Source of the DNA: Azolla caroliniana
Taxonomy: Eukaryota; Plantae; Polypodiophyta
Assembly: GCA_043228905.1 (NCBI GenBank)
Contig: JBHGNT010000074.1
Coordinates: 1 to 64,000 of the forward strand
Reading direction: 5' to 3'
Length of the DNA: 64,000 nt
The notes under the pieces were generated by a model. It was not told the origin of the DNA. It ran no database searches and saw only the letters and a program-made list of their open reading frames with translations. A program made the position numbers and the translations under genes. Shown here one piece after another: positions 12,201 through 25,300 of this stretch (position 1 is its first letter; the number at the start of each line of letters is the position of its first letter).

Positions 12201-15200
12201 ATAAAATTAAAACATCAAGATTTTGAAACTCAGATCGACAGACATGAAGAAATTACCAAATTAGAGGAGGGAGTTGAGAAGAGCGCATCAGTATATTAAA
12301 ATCTTCATACCTGGCCCATGTGATATCGGATATTAGTGTTCAAAGATGCGAATCGAAGGTAACAACACTAGCTATGATATGTAATTAAAAAATCAAGATC
12401 TTGAAACTCATGTCGAGAGACATGAAGAAATGCTCAAGTTAGAGGAGGGAGTTGAGAAGAGCCCGTGAGTAAATTAAAATGTTCATACCTGGCCCATGTG
12501 ATATCGGATTTTTGTGTTCAAAGATGCGAATCGAAGCTAACAACACTAGCTATGATATGGAATTAAAAAATGTAGATTTTAAAACTCAAGTCGAGAGACA
12601 TGAAAAAATTCAAAAGTTAGAGGAGGGAGTTTAGAAGAGCCCATGAGTAAATTAAAATGTTCATACCTGGCCCATGTGATATCGGATTTTAGTGTTTAAA
12701 CATACGAATCGAAGCTAACAACACTAGCTATAATATAAAATTAAAACATCAAGATTTTGAAACTCAGATCGACAGACATGAAGAAATTACCAAATTAGAG
12801 GAGGGAGTTGAGAAGAGCGCGTCAGTATATTAAAATCTTCATACCTGGCCCATGTGATATCGGATATTAGTGTTCAAAGATGCGAATCGAAGGTAACAAC
12901 ACTAGCTATGATATGGAATTAAAAAATCAAGATCTTGAAACTCATGTCGAGAGACATGAAGAAATTCTCAAGTTAGAGGAGGGAGTTGAGAAGAGCCCGT
13001 GACTAAATTAAAATGTTCATACCTGGCCCATGTGATATTGGATTTTTGTGTTCAAAGATGCGAATCGAAGCTAACAACACTAGCTATGATATGGAATTAA
13101 AAAATGTAGATTTTAAAACTCAAGTCGAGAGACATGAAGAAATTCAAAAGTTAGAGGAGGGAATTGAGAAGAGCCCATGAGTAAATTAAAATGTTCATAC
13201 CTGGCCCATGTGATATCGGATTTTAGTGTTCAAACATACGAATCGAAGCTAACATTCTAGCTCTGATATGGAATTAAAAAATCAAGATCTTGAAACTCAG
13301 ATCGACAGACATGAAGAAATTACCAAATTTGAGGAGGGAGTTGAGAAAAGCGCGTCAGTATATTAAAATCTTCATACGTGGGCCATGTGATATCGGATTT
13401 TAGTGTTCAAAGATGCGAATCGAAGGTAACAACACTAGCTATGATATGGAATTAAAAAATCAAGATCTTGAAACTCATGTCGAGAGACATGAAGAAATTC
13501 TCAAGTTAGAGGAGGGAGTTGAGAAGAGCCCGTGACTAAAATAAAATGTTCATACCTGGCCCATGTGATATTGGATTTTTGAGTTCAAAGATGCGAATCG
13601 AAGCTAACAACCCTAGCTATGATATAGAATTAAAAAATGTAGATTTTAAAAGTCAAGTCGAGAGACATGAAGAAATTCAAAAGTTAGAGGAGGGAGTTGA
13701 GAAGAGCCCATGAGTAAATTAAAATTTTCATACCTGGCCCATGTGATATCGGATTTTAGTGTTCAAACATACGAATCGAAGTTAACATTCTAGCTCTGAT
13801 ATGGAATTAAAAAATCAAGATCTTGAAACTCAGATCGACAGACATGAAGAAATTACCAAATTTGAGGAGGGAGTTGAGAAAAGCGCGTCAGTATATTAAA
13901 ATCTTCATACGTGGCCCATGTGATATCGGATTTTAGTGTTCAAAGATGCGAATCGAAGGTAACAACACTAGCTATGATATGGAATTAAAAAATCAAGATC
14001 TTGAAACTCATGTCGAGAGATATGAAGAAATGCTCAAGTTAGAGTAGGGAGTTGAGAAGAGCGGGTCAGTATATTAAAATGTTCATACCTGGCCCATGTG
14101 ATATCAGATTTTAGTGTTCAAAGATGCGAATCGAAGCTAACAACGCTACCTATAATATGGAATTAAAAAATGAGGATTTTGAAACTCAAGTCGAGAGACA
14201 TGAAGAAATTACCAAATTTGAGGAGGGAGTTGCGAAGAGCGGGTCAGTAAATTAAAATGTTAATACCTGGCTCGGGTGATCCCGGATTTTTGTGTTCAAA
14301 GATGCGAATCGAAGCTAACAACACTAGCTATGATATAAAATTCAAAAATCAAGATTTTGAAACTCAAGTCGAGAGACATGATGAAATTCGCAAGTTAGAG
14401 GAGGGAGTTGAGAAGAGCCCGTGAGTAAATTAAAATGTTCATACCTGGCCCATGTGATATCGGAATTTAGTGTTCAAAGATGCGAATCGAAGGTAACAAC
14501 GCTAGCTCTGATATGGAATTAAAAAATCAAGATTTTGAAACTCAGATCGACAGACATGAAGAAATTACCAAATTAGAGGAGGGAGTTGAGAAGAGCGCGT
14601 CAGTATATTAAAATCGTCATACCTGGCCCATGTGATATCGGATTTTAGTGTTCAAAGATGCGAATCGAAGGTAACAACACTAGCTATGATATGGAATTAA
14701 AAAATCAAGATCTTGAAACTCATGTCGAGAGATATGAAGAAATGCTCAAGTTAGAGTAGGGAGTTGAGAAGAGCGGGTCAGTATATTAAAATGTTCATAC
14801 CTGGCCCATGTGATATCAGATTTTAGTGTTCAAAGATGCGAATCGAAGCTAACAACGCTACCTATAATATGGAATTAAAAAATGAGGATTTTGAAACTCA
14901 AGTCGAGAGACATGAAGAAATTACCAAATTTGAGGAGGGAGTTGAGAAGAGCGGGTCAATAAATTAAAATGTTAATACCTGGCTCGGGTGATCCCGGATT
15001 TTTGTGTTCAAAGATGCGAATCGAAGCTAACAACACTAGCTATGATATAAAATTAAAACATCAAGATTTTGAAACTCAGATCGACAGACATGAAGAAATT
15101 ACCAAATTAGAGGAGGGAGTTGAGAAGAGCGCGTCAGTATATTAAAATCTTCATACCTGGCCCATGTGATATCGGATATTAGTGTTCAAAGATGCGAATC

Positions 15201-17445
15201 GAAGGTAACAACACTAGCTATGATATGGAATTAAAAAATCAAGATCTTGAAACTCATGTCGAGAGACATGAAGAAATGCTCAAGTTAGAGGAGGGAGTTG
15301 AGAAGAGCCCGTGAGTAAATTAAAATGTTCATACCTGGCCCATGTGATATCGGATTTTTGTGTTCAAAGATGCGAATCGAAGCTAACAACACTAGCTATG
15401 ATATGGAATTAAAAAATCGAGATTTTGAAACTCAGATCGACAGACCTGAAGAAATTACCAAATTTTAGGAGGGAGTTGAGAAGAGCGCGTCAGTAGATTA
15501 AAATGTTCATACCTGGCCCGTGTGATATCAGATTTTAGTGTTCAAAGATGCGAATCGAAGGTAACAACGCTAGCTCTGATATGGAATTCAAAAATCAAGA
15601 TTTTGAAACACAGATCGACAGACATGAAGAAATTACCAAATTTGAGGAGGGAGTTCAGAAGAGCGCGTCAATATATTAAAATCTTCATACCTGGCCCATG
15701 TGATATCGTATTTTTGTGTTCAAACATGCGAATCGAAGCTAATAACGCTAACTCTCATATGCATTTAAAAAATAAAGATTTTGAAACTCAGATCGACAGA
15801 CATGAAGAAATTACCAAATTAGAGGAGGGAGTTGAGAAGAGCGCGTCAGTATATTAAAATCTTCATACCTGGCCCATGTGATATTGGATTTTAGTGTTCA
15901 AAGATGCGAATCGAAGGTAACAACGCTAGCTCTGATATGGAATTAAAAAATCAAGATTTTGAAACTCAGATCGAGAGACATGAAGAAATTACCAAATTAG
16001 AGGAGGGAGTTGAGAAGAGCGCGTCAGTATATTGAAATCTTCATAACTGGCCCATGTGATATCGGATTTTTGTGTTCAAAGATGCGAATCGAAGGTAACA
16101 ACGCTAGCTATGAAATGGAATTAAAAAATCAAGATTTTGAAGCTCAGATCGACAGACATGAAGAAATTACCAAATTAGAGGAGGGAGTTGTGAAGAGCAC
16201 GTTAGTATATTAAAATCTTCATACCTGGCCCATGTGATATCGGATTTTAGTGTTCAAAGATGCGAATCGAAGATAACAACACTAGCTATGATATGGAATT
16301 AAAAAATCAAGATCTTGAAACTCATGTCGAGAGACATGAAGAAATGCTCAAGTTAGAGGAGGGAGTTGAGAAGAGCCCGTGAGTAAATTAAAATGTTCAT
16401 ACATGGCCCATGTGATATCGGATTTTTGTGTTCAAAGATGCGAATCGAAGCTAACAACACTAGCTATGATATGGAATTAAAAAATGTAGATTTTAAAACT
16501 CAAGTCGAGAGACATGAAAAAATTCTAAAGTTAGAGGAGGGAGTTGAGAAGAGCCCATGAGTAAATTAAAATGTTCATACCTGGCCCATGTGATATCGGA
16601 TTTTAGTGTTCAAACATAGGAATCGAAGTTAACATTCTAGCTCTGATATGGAATTAAAAAATCAAGATCTTGAAACTCAGATCGACAGACATGAAGAAAT
16701 TACCAAATTAGAGGAGGGAGTTGAGAAGAGCGCGTCAGTATATTAAAATCTTCATACCTGGCCCATGTGACATCGGATAGTAGTGTTCAAAGATGCGAAT
16801 CGAAGGTAACAACACTAGCTATGATATGGAATTAAAAAATCAAGATCTTGAAACTCATGTCGAGAGACATGAAGAAATTCTCAAGTTAGAGGAGGGAGTT
16901 GAGAAGAGCCCGTGACTAAAATAAAATGTTCATACCTGGCCCATGTGATATTGGATTTTTGTGTTCAAAGATGCGAATCGAAGCTAACAATCCTAGCTAT
17001 GATATGGAATTAAAAAATGTAAATTTTAAAACTCAAGTCGAGAGACATGAAGAAATTCAAAAGTTAGAGGAGGGAGTTGAGAAGAGCGGGTCAGTAAATT
17101 AAAATGTTAATACCTGGCTCGGGTGATCCCGGATTTTTGTGTTCAAAGATGCGAATCGAAGGTAACAACACTAGCTATGATATGGAATTAAAAAATCAAG
17201 ATCTTGAAACTCATGTCGAGAGACATGAAGAAATGCTCAAGTTAGAGGAGGGAGTTGAGAAGATCCCGTGAGTAAATTAAAATGTTCATACCTGGCCCAT
17301 GTGATATCGGATTTTTGTGTTCAAAGATGCGAATCGAAGCTAACAACACTAGCTATGATATGGAATTAAAAAATGTAGATTTTAAAACTCAAGTCGAGAG
17401 ACATGAAGAAATTCAAAAGTTAGAGGAGGGAGTTGAGAAGAGCCC

Positions 17446-20400
17446 ATGAGTAAATTAAAATGTTCATACCTGGCCCATGTGATATCGGATTTTAGTGTTC
17501 AAACATACGAATCGAAGTTAACATTCTAGCTCTGATATGGAATTATAAAAACAAGATCTTGAAACTCAGATCGACAGACATGAAGAAATTACCAAATTTG
17601 AGGAGGGAGTTGAGAAAAGCGCGTCAGTATATTAAAATCTTCATACGTGGCCCATGTGATATCGGATTTTAGTGTTCAAAGATGCGAATCGAAGGTAACA
17701 ACACTAGCTATGATATGGAATTAAAAAATCAAGATCTTGAAACTCATGTCGAGAGATATGAAGAAATGCTCAAGTTAGAGTAGGGAGTTGAGAAGAGCGG
17801 GTCAGTATATTAAAATGTTCATACCTGGCCCATGTGATATCAGATTTTAGTGTTCAAAGATGCGAATCGAAGCTAACAACGCTACCTATAATATGGAATT
17901 AAAAAATGAGGATTTTGAAACTCAAGTCGAGAGACATGAAGAAATTACCAAATTTGAGGAGGGAGTTGCGAAGAGCGGGTCAGTAAATTAAAATGTTAAT
18001 ACCTGGCTCCGGTGATCCCGGATTTTTGTGTTCAAAGATGCGAATCGAAGCTAACAACACTAGCTATGATATAAAATTAAAACATCAAGATTTTGAAACT
18101 CAGATCGACAGACATGAAGAAATTACCAAATTAGAGGAGGGAGTTGAGAAGAGCGCGTCAGTATATTAAAATCTTCATACCTGGCCCATGTGATATCGGA
18201 TATTAGTGTTCAAAGATGTGAATCGAAGGTAACAACACTAGCTATGATATGGAATTAAAAAATCAAGATCTTGAAACTCATGTCGAGAGACATGAAGAAA
18301 TGCTCAAGTTAGAGGAGGGAGTTGAGAAGAGCCCGTGAGTAAATTAAAATGTTCATACCTGGCCCATGTGATATCGGATTTTTGTGTTCAAAGATGCGAA
18401 TCGAAGCTAACAACACTAGCTATGATATGGAATTAAAAAATGTAGATTTTAAAACTCAAGTCGAGAGACATGAAAAAATTCAAAAATTAGAGGAGGGAAT
18501 TGAGAAGAGCCCATGAGTAAATTAAAATGTTCATACCTGGCCCATGTGATATCGGATTTTAGTGTTCAAACATACGAATCGAAGTTAACATTCTAGCTCT
18601 GATATGGAATTAAAAAATCAAGATCTTGAAACTCAGATCGACAGACATGAAGAAATTACCAAATTTGAGGAGGGAGTTGAGAAAAGCGCGTCAGTATATT
18701 AAAATCTTCATACGTGGCCCATGTGATATCGGATTTTAGTGTTCAAAGATGCTAATCGAAGGTAACAACACTAGCTATGATATGGAATTAAAAAATCAAG
18801 ATCTTGAAACTCATGTCGAGAGATATGAAGAAATGCTCAAGTTAGAGTAGGGAGTTGAGAAGAGCGGGTCAGTATATTAAAATGTTCATACCTGGCCCAT
18901 GTGATATCAGATTTTAGTGTTCAAAGATGCGAATCGAAGCTAACAACGCTACCTATAATATGGAATTAAAAAATGAGGATTTTGAAACTCAAGTCGAGAG
19001 ACATGAAGAAATTACCAAATTTGAGGAGGGAGTTGAGAAGAGCGGGTCAGTAAATTAAAATGTTAATACCTGGCTCGGGTGATCCCGGATTTTTGTGTTC
19101 AAAGATGCGAATCGAAGCTAACAACACTAGCTATGATATAAAATTAAAACATCAAGATTTTGAAACTCAGATCGACAGACATGAAGAAATTACCAAATTA
19201 GAGGAGGGAGTTGAGAAGAGCGCGTCAGTATATTAAAATCTTCATACCTGGCCCATGTGATATCGGATATTAGTGTTCAAAGATGCGAATCGAAGGTAAC
19301 AACACTAGCTATGATATGGAATTAAAAAATCAAGATCTTGAAACTCATGTCGAGAGACATGAAGAAATGCTCAAGTTAGAGGAGGGAGTTGAGAAGAGCC
19401 CGTGAGTAAATTAAAATGTTCATACCTGGCCCATGTGATATCGGATTTTTGTGTTCAAAGATGCGAATCGAAGCTAACAACACTAGCTATGATATGGAAT
19501 TAAAAAATGTAGATTTTAAAACTCAAGTCGAGAGACATGAAAAAATTCAAAAGTTAGAGGAGGGAGTTGAGAAGAGCCCATGAGTAAATTAAAATGTTCA
19601 TACCTGGCCCATGTGATATCGGATTTTAGTGTTCAAACATACGAATCGAAGTTAACATTCTAGCTCTGATATGGAATTAAAAAATCAAGATCTTGAAACT
19701 CAGATCGACAGACATGAAGAAATTACCAAATTTGAGGAGGGAGTTGAGAAAAGCGCGTCAGTATATTAAAATCTTCATACGTGGCCCATGTGATATCGGA
19801 TTTTAGTGTTCAAAGATGCGAATCGAAGGTAACAACACTAGCTATGATATGGAATTAAAAAATCAAGATCTTGAAACTCATGTCGAGAGATATGAAGAAA
19901 TGCTCAAGTTAGAGTAGGGAGTTGAGAAGAGCGGGTCAGTATATTAAAATGTTCATACCTGGCCCATGTGATATCAGATTTTAGTGTTCAAAGATGCGAA
20001 TCGAAGCTAACAACGCTACCTATAATATGGAATTAAAAAATGAGGATTTTGAAACTCAAGTCGAGAGACATGAAGAAATTACCAAATTTGAGGAGGGAGT
20101 TGCGAAGAGCGGGTCAGTAAATTAAAATGTTAATACCTGGCTCGGGTGATCCCGGATTTTTGTGTTCAAAGATGCGAATCGAAGCTAACAACACTAGCTA
20201 TGATATAAAATTAAAACATCAAGATTTTGAAACTCAGATCGACAGACATGAAGAAATTACCAAATTAGAGGAGGGAGTTGAGAAGAGCGCGTCAGTATAT
20301 TAAAATCTTCATACCTGGCCCATGTGATATCGGATATTAGTGTTCAAAGATGCGAATCGAAGGTAACAACACTAGCTATGATATGGAATTAAAAAATCAA

Positions 20401-21712
20401 GATCTTGAAACTCATGTCGAGAGACATGAAGAAATGCTCAAGTTAGAGGAGGGAGTTGAGAAGAGCCCGTGAGTAAATTAAAATGTTCATACCTGGCCCA
20501 TGTGATATCGGATTTTTGTGTTCAAAGATGCGAATCGAAGCTAACAACACTAGCTATGATATGGAATTAAAAAATGTAGATTTTAAAACTCAAGTCGAGA
20601 GACATGAAAACATTCAAAAGTTAGAGGAGGGAGTTGAGAAGAGCCCATGAGTAAATTAAAATGTTCATACCTGGCCCATGTGATATCGGATTTTAGTGTT
20701 CAAACATACGAATCGAAGTTAACATTCTAGCTCTGATATGGAATTAAAAAATCAAGATTTTGAAACTCAGATCGACAGACATGAAGAAATTACCAAATTA
20801 GAGGAGGGAGTTGAGAAAAGCGCGTCAGTATATTAAAATCTTCATACGTGGCCCATGTGATATCGGATTTTAGTGTTCAAAGATGCGAATCGAAGGTAAC
20901 AACACTAGCTATGATATGGAATTAAAAAATCAAGATCTTGAAACTCATGTCGAGAGATATGAAGAAATGCTCAAGTTAGAGTAGGGAGTTGAGAAGAGCG
21001 GGTCAGTATATTAAAATGTTCATACCTGGCCCATGTGATATCAGATTTTAGTGTTCAAAGATGCGAATCGAAGCTAACAACGCTACCTATAATATGGAAT
21101 TAAAAAATGAGGATTTTGAAACTCAAGTCGAGAGACATGAAGAAATTACCAAATTTGAGGAGGGAGTTGAGAAGAGCGGGTCAGTAAATTAAATGTTAAT
21201 ACCTGGCTCGGGTGATCCCGGATTTTTGTGTTCAAAGATGCGAATCGAAGCTAACAACACTAGCTATGATATAAAATTAAAACATCAAGATTTTGAAACT
21301 CAGATCGACAGACATGAAGAAATTACCAAATTAGAGGAGGGAGTTGAGAAGAGCGCGTCAGTATATTAAAATCTTCATACCTGGCCCATGTGATATCGGA
21401 TATTAGTGTTCAAAGATGCGAATCGAAGGTAACAACACTAGCTATGATATGGTATTAAAAAATCAAGATCTTGAAACTCATGTCGAGAGACATGAAGAAA
21501 TGCTCAAGTTAGAGGAGGGAGTTGAGAAGAGCCCGTGAGTAAATTAAAATGTTCATACCTGGCCCATGTGATATCGGCTTTTTGTGTTCAAAGATGCCAA
21601 TCGAAGCTAACAACACTAGCTATGATATGGAATTAAAAAATGTAGATTTTAAAACTCAAGTCGAGAGACATGAAGAAATTCAAAAGTTAGAGGAGGGAGT
21701 TGAGAAGAGCCC
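17446..21712 (+). repeat. Four consecutive near-identical 6-mer HOR units
   Basis: Type A starts at 17446, 18513, 19580, 20647, 21713 (spacings 1067, 1067, 1067, 1066), with unbroken ABCDEF order. Confidence 0.93.
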
Positions 21713-22399
21713 ATGAGTAAATTAAAATGTTCATACCTGGCCCATGTGATATCGGATTTTAGTGTTCAAACATACGAATCGAAGCTAACATTCTAGCTCT
21801 GATATGGAATTAAAAAATCAAGATCTTGAAACTCAGATCGACAGACATGAAGAAATTACCAAATTTGAGGAGGGAGTTGAGAAAAACGCGTCAGTATATT
21901 AAAATCTTCATACGTGGCCCATGTGATATCGGATTTTAGTGTTCAAAGATGCGAATCGAAGGTAACAACACTAGCTATGATATGGAATTAAAAAATCAAG
22001 ATCTTGAAACTCATGTCGAGAGACATAAAGAAATTACCAAATTAGAGGAGGGAGTTGAAAAGAGCCCGTGACTAAATTAAAATGTTCATACCTGGCCCAT
22101 GTGATATCGGATTTTTGTGTTCAAAGATGCGAATCGAAGCTAACAACACTAGCTATGATATGGAATTAAAAAATGTAGATTTTAAAACTCAAGTCGAGAG
22201 ACATGAAGAAATTCAAAAGTTAGAGGAGGGAGTTGAGAAGAGCCCATGAGTAAATTAAAATGTTCATACCTGGCCCATGTGATATCGGATTTTAGTGTTC
22301 AAACATACGAATCGAAGTTAACATTCTAGCTCTGATATGGAATTAAAGAATCAAGATCTTGAAACTCAGATCGACAGACATGAAGAAATTACCAAATTA

Positions 22400-25300
22400 G
22401 AGGAGGGAGTTGAAAAGAGCGCGTCAGTATACTAAAATGTTCATAACTTGCCCATGTGATATCGGATTATAGTGTTCAAAGATGCGAATCGAAGCTAACA
22501 ACACTAGCGATGATATGGAATTAAAAAATCAAGTGAAACTCATGTCGAGAGACATAAAGAAATTACCAAATTAGAGGAGGGAGTTGAAAAGAGCGCGTCA
22601 GTATACTAAAATGTTCATAACTGGCCCATGTGATATCGGATTATTGTGTTCAAAGATGCGAATCGAAGCTAACAACACTAGCGATGATATAAAATTAAAA
22701 AATCAAGATTTTGAAACTCAAGTCGAGAGACATGATGAAATTCGCAAGTTAGAGGAGGGAGTTGAGAAGAGCCTGTGAGTAAATTAAAATGTTCATACCT
22801 GGCCCATGTGATATCGGAATTTAGTGTTCAAAGATGCGAATCGAAGGTAACAACGCTAGCTCTGATATGGAATTAAAAAATGTAGATTTTAAAACTCAAG
22901 TCGAGAGACATGAAGAAATTCAAAAGTTAGAGGAGGGAGTTGAGAAGAGCGCGTGAGTATATTAAAATCTTCATACCTGGCCCATGTGATATTGGATTTT
23001 AGTGTTCAAAGATGCGAATCGAAGGTAACAACACTAGCTATGATATGGAATTAAAAAATCAAGATCTTGAAACTCATGTCGACAGATATGAAGAAATGCT
23101 CAAGTTAGAGTAGGGAGTTGAGAAGAGCCCGTGAGTAAATTAAAATGTTCATACCTGGCCCAGGTGATATCGGAATTTAGTGTTCAAAGATGCGAATCGA
23201 AGGTAACAACACTAGCTATGATATGGAATTAAAAAATGAAGATGTTGAAACTCATGTCGAGAAGAGGGAGTTGAGAAGAGCGCGTCAGTATATTAAAATC
23301 TTCATACCTGGCCCATGTGATATCGGATTTTAGTGTTCAAAGATGCAAATTGAAGCAAACAACGCTATCTATGAATTTGAATTAAAAAATCAAGATTTTG
23401 AAACTCAAGTCGATATACCTGAAGAAATTACCAAATTTGAGGAGGGAGTTGAGAAGAGATCGTGAGTAAATTAAAATGTTCATACCTGGCCCATGTGATA
23501 TCGGATTTTAGTGTTCAAAGATGCGAATCGAAGCTAACAATGTTAGCTCTGATATGGAATTAAAAAATGTAGATTTTAAAACTCAAGTTGAAAGATATGA
23601 AGAAATTCGCAAGTTAGAGGAGGGAGTTAAGAAGAGCCGGTCAGTAAATTAAAATGTTCATACCTGGCTCGGGTGATACCGGATTTTTGTGTTCAAAGAT
23701 GCGAATCGAAGCTAACAACACTAGCTATGATATGGAATTAAAAAATGTAGATTTTAAAACTCAAGTCGAGAGACATGAAGAAATTCAAAAGTTAGAGGAG
23801 GGAGTTGAGAAGAGCCCATGAGTAAATTAAAATGTTCGTACCTGGCCCATGTGATATCGGATTTTAGGGTTCAAACATACGAATCGAAGCTAACATTCTA
23901 GCTCTGATATGGAATTAAAAAATCAAGATCTTGAAACTCAGATCGACAGACATGAAGAAATTACCAAATTTGAGGAGGGAGTTGAGAAAAGCGCGTCAGT
24001 ATATTAAAATCTTCATACGTGGCCCATGTGATATCGGATTTTAGTGTTCAAAGATGCGAATCGAAGGTAACAACACTAGCTATGATATGGAATTAAAAAA
24101 TCAACCTCTTGAAACTCATGTCGAGAGACATAAAGAAATTACCAAATTAGAGGAGGGAGTTGAAAAGAGCCCGTGACTAAATTAAAATGTTCATACCTGG
24201 CCCATGTGATATCGGCTTTTTGTGTTCAAAGATTCGAATCGAAGCTAACAACACTAGCTATGATATGGAATTAAAAAATGTAGATTTTAAAACTCAAGTC
24301 GAGAGACATGAAGAAATTCAAAAGTTAGAGGAGGGAGTTGAGAAGAGCCCATGAGTAAATTAAAATGTTCATACCTGGCCCATGTGATATCGGATTTTAG
24401 TGTTCAAACATACGAATCGAAGTTAACATTCTAGCTCTGATATGGAATTAAAAAATCAAGATCTTGAAACTCAGATCGACAGACATGAAGAAATTACGAA
24501 ATTAGAGGAGGGAGTTGAAAAGAGCGCGTCAGTATACTAAAATGTTCATAACTGGCCCATGTGATATCGGATTATTGTGTTCAAAGATGCGAATCGAAGC
24601 TAACAACACTAGCGATGATATAAAATTAAAAAATCAAGATTTTGAAACTCAAGTCGAGAGACATGATGAAATTCGCAAGTTAGAGGAGGGAGTTGAGAAG
24701 AGCCTGTGAGTAAATTAAAATGTTCATACCTGGCCCATGTGATATCGGAATTTAGTGTTCAAAGATGCGAATCGAAGGTAACAACGCTAGCTCTGATATG
24801 GAATTAAAAAATCAAGATTTTGAAACTCAGATCAACAGACATGAAGAAATTCCCGAATTAGAGGAGGGAGTTGAGAAGAGCGCGTCAGTATATTAAAATA
24901 TTCATACTTGGCCCATGTGATATCGGATTTTAGTGTTCAAAGATGCGAATCGAAGGTAACAGCACTAGCTATGATATGGAATTAAAAAATCAAGATATTG
25001 AAACTCATGTCGACAGATATGAAGAAATGCTCAAGTTAGAGTAGGGAGTTGAGAAGAGCCCGTGAGTAAATTAAAATGTTCATACCTGGCCCAGGTGATA
25101 TCGGAATTTAGTGTTCAAAGATGCGAATCGAAGGTAACAACACTAGCTATGATATGGAATTAAAAAATCAAGTGAAACTCATGTCGAGAGACATAAAGAA
25201 ATTACCAAATTAGAGGAGGGAGTTGAAAAGAGCGCGTCAGTATACTAAAATGTTCATAACTGGCCCATGTGATATCGGATTATTGTGTTCAAAGATGCGA

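Larger units (their letters stand above)
1..22400 (+). repeat. Domain 1: 6-mer HOR (monomer types A-F, 1067 bp) with 3-mer deletion derivatives and short inserts of other variants
   Basis: Type A (aacatacgaatcgaagttaacattctag, 177 bp) or A/D hybrids start (atgagt) at 41, 1108, 1641, 2175, 3242, 4308, 4842, 5909, 6442, giving spacings of 1066-1067 or 533-534. Markers: B=catacgtgg...gagtaggg, C=ctacctataat...aatgagg, D=gttaatacctggctcgggtgatcccgg...aaaacatc, E=cggatattag, F=aatgtagattttaaaac. Confidence 0.9.
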
